Shown here: positions 58,612 through 64,000 of the stretch, piece after piece
How positions within the stretch are numbered: position 1 is the first letter of the stretch
Layout of the letters: the number at the start of each line of letters is the position of its first letter
DNA from: Hormiphora californensis
Taxonomy: Eukaryota > Animalia > Ctenophora
Direction of reading: 5' to 3'
DNA length: 64,000 nt
Assembly (NCBI GenBank): GCA_020137815.1
Contig: CM035351.1
Span: 9,052,001-9,116,000 of the forward strand
Program-made: the position numbers and the translations under genes
Notes under the pieces: model-generated
The model's database searches: none
Told to the model about the DNA's origin: nothing
What the model saw: the letters and a program-made list of their open reading frames with translations, nothing else

Positions 58612-60756
58612 CGTCTTTGTTTCTCTCTTCGCTCGCATGCACAATTTAAATTAGCCCAAACAAGCGTAATTCTTAGGCAATACGTATTGTATCGAACTAC
58701 TGCTACTGCGGCTCAGGAGACACCTTGTTCTGCACTCAAGCAGAGAGTGAGACACACAGAGAGATGGAGGAAGAGAGAGAGGAAGAGAGATAGATAATGT
58801 AGGTTGGTTATTGGTCAAGTTAGTGGACTCTATTATTTAGCTCATGCATACATCGGCTGTCGCTCTCTTACCCAAGACATTAGCCGTTACTGCATTGTCC
58901 TACAATGGCCTACCATAGGGTGGAGACAGATAAAGGGAGAGTGAGCGAGAGAGTGAGATAGAGGTAGAGAGGGTGAGTGAGATAGAGATAGAGTTAGAGA
59001 GTGAGATTGAGAGAGATGCAGTAGTAATGAAGATATACAGTGAGGTTGAATGGTGGAATATACAACTAGGGAGAATCCCCTCTTATCAGAACTCAGTACA
59101 CCCGTGTTGCTACACAGTACACAAACCGATCGTTGAGAAGGACGGGAACTATCGAGGGGGGATATGGAGTAAGAGAGGGGGATAGAGAGATGAAAAATAG
59201 AAAAGAGGAAAGTGAGTTCCCTAGCTATAAATAAATCTTGGGTAGCTGCAGCTCTTAAAGTACTTATTTTAGAATGGGGAAAGTCCATTTGTGAGCCAGT
59301 GTAAAATGGTGAAAGTTACACCATTAAATGCCCCCATTGCACAAGGCTCTCCCTTTTAGAATCAAACCAGCGGTGTACACAAAAAGTATGACCCGTGTTA
59401 AAATAAATAGAGAAATTAAAATAAGATCCATATTTCTGAGAGATTGCAAAAAAGAATGACTGGTGTTTCTGGAGAATTTAAAATGTTGTTATGAAAGTAA
59501 GTAGCGTGTACATTATTAAGCCTCGTGTTATGACTTGTATGAATCTGGTTTAAGATAACTATGTGTATGTTTCAATTACATATAATATATATTCCTTAGT
59601 TACATGCTTACACAGAGAGAGAGAGATCGCCACGCCCGGTCTTTGGGATAGCGGTAAAGAGAGAGAGAGAGAGAGGGAGAGGTAGACAGAGAGGGAATAT
59701 TATTAGTACGGAATACTGAAGGAAACCTCCAATTATTCTAGAATCAAGTAGTCGTTCTAGATTGTTTATTAAATATCATTTGGTCTTGTTCCAGCTCGAT
59801 TAGCTTTCTAACCCTTCTTATTGTTCTTTAAAAACATACAGTTCCACGAGTAGGTGGTGGTCCGAGTTCCGTTATGTTCTAGAAAGAGAAGGAAGAGAAG
59901 ATTCATTTAGAGTTCATTACATGACCCATTAGTCATGCAGTGGAACTAAGAAGGCAGTGGTTTAGAAACATTATACACTAAAAGGTTTTCCAGGTATCCA
60001 GAGCAGAACACTCAATTCTAGATATGTATAATGATTCAGTTCTCTAAGAAATTCCCAGAATTAATATTATTTTCTCTGGGGTATGGTTGGCTTGATAAAT
60101 CATAATGCTAATAACAGTTTTCTCAGCCTTTTTAGTTGTCTCCCTCACCATCATATTATTGGTATGTTCCACTTCTCTTTCTCTCTCTATGATCCCTGAC
60201 CTTGGTGGTGACCAATAGATCTTGAACCATTAACTATTAACTATAAGAGTTCTAGAGAAAAGATATCTCTTGTAGAGGTAACCAACGAATATAGCATAGA
60301 GTGAGGGGGGTACAAACACGGAAACGTATGGTGGGAACGGGTTATTTGTTGATGTTATAGGGGGGTCAGGTGTTGGGAAAATGTCATTGTTTATCTTATG
60401 ACTTATGCAATGTTCTATAATACTGTCGAATTAATATATCTCTTATTTTCCTGTCTCTTCCTATTCTCTCTCTCTCTATGGTAAATGTGTTGTCTGTTAG
60501 TGTAATACTGCTTCTTTTCCGTCTTCTCTCTCGGGAATTGGGAAGTTCTAACAGCATTTGTGTTAATGCTTCTTCAGTTAAACATGTCATGATAGGAACT
60601 GATCTGGGTCTAGTGATATGTAGTGGAGATGGTGGTTAGACCCAATCATGTGAAGTGGGAAACGTGCTGCACTCCGAACCATGATACTCTTTGGTGGTGG
60701 CGTGTGTGCAGAATTGATGATACGGGGGATCAGTGTCTGCATGAGAAACACTCGGT

Positions 60757-60948
<192 letters not shown>

Positions 60949-63900
60949 TCCCTTTCTCTCACTCAATCTCACTTGAATGTACACATGTTGAATGTACATG
61001 ATCTCCAAAGATTAATTAGAGGGAAGGATAATGAGAGAGACAGAAAGAGAGAGAGACAGAAAAAGAGAAGGAGAGATAGAGAGAGTGGGAGAGACCCGCT
61101 GGATCCTGTCATGCAAGGTCCATTAGTGGCTCCCTTTCAAACCCAATCCCCACTTCATTGGGCCACCATTTATCAACATGCAACTTGGTTTCATGTGGGG
61201 CTCTACAATATAATTACTTTTTATCTTTTATTTGGAAAAACTAAAGTGGGAGTATTTCGGTAGTACAACCTGGTGATATTAGGCTTGCTACTCAAATAAA
61301 GAAGCGCCCTAGAGGCGCCGCTTACTGCCTTCTGAATAGGCAGAACACTCTCCATAACACGTTGACAATGAGTTCTTCCACTTCTCTCTAATACCTAATT
61401 CAATATCTCTCTGCTTGGCGATTTGCCTTTTCTACTCCTTCTACACACAGTACCCATTCTTTTCTTGGCCCGATTCATCTCCCCGCTCTCTCTCTCTCTC
61501 TAATGTACATTTTCACCCATACACCCCTGTCTATAACACATCCCTTACTGTCTCTCACATTAATCTCTCCTCCCCTAATATGGCTCATTAATGTGCCCCC
61601 TATTTCCCCCTCTCTCCATGTAATCAATATCTCTTTGTGCGGCTTTGTGCCCCCCTGACAACTATTTCCCTCTCAAGTACTGAACTATGTGAGACCCTCC
61701 TTCTTGTCCTCTCTTTCTTCTCCGAACTTTCTCTCCCTCCTCTCAGACTCTCTCTCTCCCTCTCTCTCTTTCTCTCTCTCTCCCAACAGAAATAGTTGTA
61801 TCAAGATATATATCATGTTATCTATGCGGGCTGTGGTTTATCCTCTCTCTATTGTGGACTCTTTATGTGCCCACCCGACCTTTAAGTAAAGTAGTGTACT
61901 TTTCTAATGGTTTATAACTAAGATGTGGTCTTGCTAGTAAATGCATGCGGTGTGCCCCTCGATAGAAATATACAACATCGTATGGGCTGTGGTTTTTACT
62001 CGAAATAAATGTGGACATGCTCCACAAAAAAAGCTAAAACTGTGGTCTAGATACGCATTGTGACGTGGCTTGGACTCACGACCGCGAAAGGCAATTGTTT
62101 CCCATGTAATTCAGTACAACAATGGTAACCGCAATACATGCTACATGCTCCATCACTTGTTTTTCTTATCCGGACCCCAAAGGCTATTTTTGTTTTTACC
62201 CCCGCAACATACAGACATGCATAAAGTCACGATTATAGGGTGATAAAGGAAGTTAACACAAGGTTATTACGAAAAGGACGTAGTACTTCTTCTCTCTAAG
62301 ATAAATTCATCTGGAGTGATGATCCACCATTCCAACTCAAACTTTCTCAATTCCACCCTGTTTTTCCACCCCCCCTAGTCCTTTGCCCTTGCTTCAATGC
62401 CCAATGAATAACTGATTACCATCTTAATTTGAATTCAATGCCCAACGATTACCATTTGAATTCAATGAATCTCATTCCCTCCCTGAGAGCCCATATATTT
62501 CCCACGGGGAGGGGGCGAGGAATCGGGGAAGCTGCGTGGGAGAGTTAGGTCCGATACCATGGTGTGTGTGTGTGTGTGTGAGGTACCACACTAGTGTTAT
62601 ACACATCCTGACAGGAGGTGTGAGTGCAGCACGCCCGGTAACAACACAGCCTGTCTGCCACAACATCTAGAAGGAGGAAGAGGAAGCAAGACAGCTAAAA
62701 TCACGTTTTAATCGGGAAAAACCGGCCTTTTACTAAAATTATCGGGTGTTTTTTTGAGGGGGTAGTGCCCGTGGGGGTGTAGTTTATTCCTTAAAAATGT
62801 GAGGGGTTTTGTAACACATTAAATATGGAGGGAAGATAGGGAATAGATGTGGCGGGAAAAGACAAAGAGATGAGAGGGGTATAATTATTCAAGTTGACGA
62901 TTTGGAGGAAAAGGGGGCCCAAAAAAGGGAAAAAAATGATTGCTAAAAATGATTATAAATTCCCCGTTCCCCAAATAAAAAATACTTCCATCCCTTTTAT
63001 CCCTCTATTGTCCTAGGCTAGACGCATCGGAATAGGAGTGGAGAGAGGAAAGGAGGGGAGGGGAAAGGAGGGGGGTAGGAGAGAGAGAGGGGGGGGGGGA
63101 GGGGAGGAGAAAAGGGAGAAAGGGAAAAAAGAAGAGAGAAAGGGGGAAAGTTTTTACGTTTTTAAAAAATTGCCGGGGGAAAGTAATGAGGAATTTTTAA
63201 TCCCCCGGGTTCTTTCTAACCCTTCATTCCTTTTCTCTCTCTTCCCCGACATCCCCCGCTACTTCAAACTGATTGCCAAACAATCCCCGGTCCTCTTCCC
63301 CCTCCCTCCCCCCCTCTCCCTCCCCTCCCTCCTTCCCCCCTTTTTCTCAAAACCCTCTTTTTCTCTCCCTTCCCCTCTTCCCCCTTCTCGTCCTTCCCTT
63401 TTCCCCCCCCTTGCCCCCTTTTCTCCCCCTTCCTTTTCCCTCCTCCTCTCCCCTATCCCCCTTCCTTCCCTTTCTTGGGGCGTCTCTTTCTTCTCTTGCT
63501 TCTCTCCCTTTCTCCTTCTTTTTTTTCCTCTCTCTCTCTTTCCCCCTGCGGGGGGTGGGGGGGAAAAGATTGCCACAGAGCTGCCCGCGGTTGCAGGGAG
63601 TAAAGGCGAGGGGGGGGGAATTGGCCAATTTAAAAGAACCCCCCGACCCTCTCCCCCTCACAACCCCCTCTCCCCCTTCTTCCTTCTTCTTCTCTTTTCC
63701 TCTCTCTCTCCCCTCCTCTCTCCCTCTTCTCTCCCCCCCCTGTCTATTGCCCCCACTATCTTATTCTCTTTTTTCCCCTCGGGGACTTTGTGACGAGAAG
63801 GTTCCCGACAATTACAACCCATATGTTTGTCTGTCCACTCACACCCCCACATAGTTTAGTAAAAAGGGATAATATTTGGTAAGTAGGAAGGGGGGGCTCG

Positions 63901-64000
63901 GTGAAGTGAGAATTTTAGACATGCTACTTGAAATGCATGCATGTGAGATGAATATTACGTGGTCACACTAGCACTTGAAGGTGGAAGTGTGTAGTACACT

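Noticed and set aside
62580-62666. Cys-rich minus-strand exon candidate after a TTCTAG acceptor
   Set aside because: Weak donor, no recognisable homology and no partner exons.
62700-63800. 251-aa and 193-aa low-complexity ORFs
   Set aside because: Degraded CT/GA repeats in noisy sequence.

Overview
Intron-rich, (CT/GA)n-microsatellite-laden animal genomic DNA. A ctenophore is plausible but unproven, inferred from the Sema-PSI-Ig-Ig-TM semaphorin and the gene nesting. Manual exon reconstruction gives six items. (1) A minus-strand class A-like orphan GPCR whose TM5 exon (20713-20845) appears to splice across a ~20 kb phase-1 intron to TM6 exons at 337-491 and 91-165. (2) Inside that intron, a complete plus-strand calcium channel alpha2delta-family gene (6975-20362) with an intact dCache_1 amino-acid-binding motif. 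(3) Inside one alpha2delta intron, two tandem minus-strand ARSB-like sulfatases, making a doubly nested 'Russian doll' locus. (4) An unannotated 3-exon gene for a 76-aa secreted prepropeptide (RVKR site, 31-aa 4-Cys mature peptide), about 0.4 kb upstream of the probable GPCR start on the same strand. (5) A multi-exon transmembrane semaphorin (30258 to >50391, minus). (6) MITEs, a LINE 3' end, minisatellites and several low-quality, homopolymer-corrupted stretches. All gene models are hand-spliced and lack transcript support.
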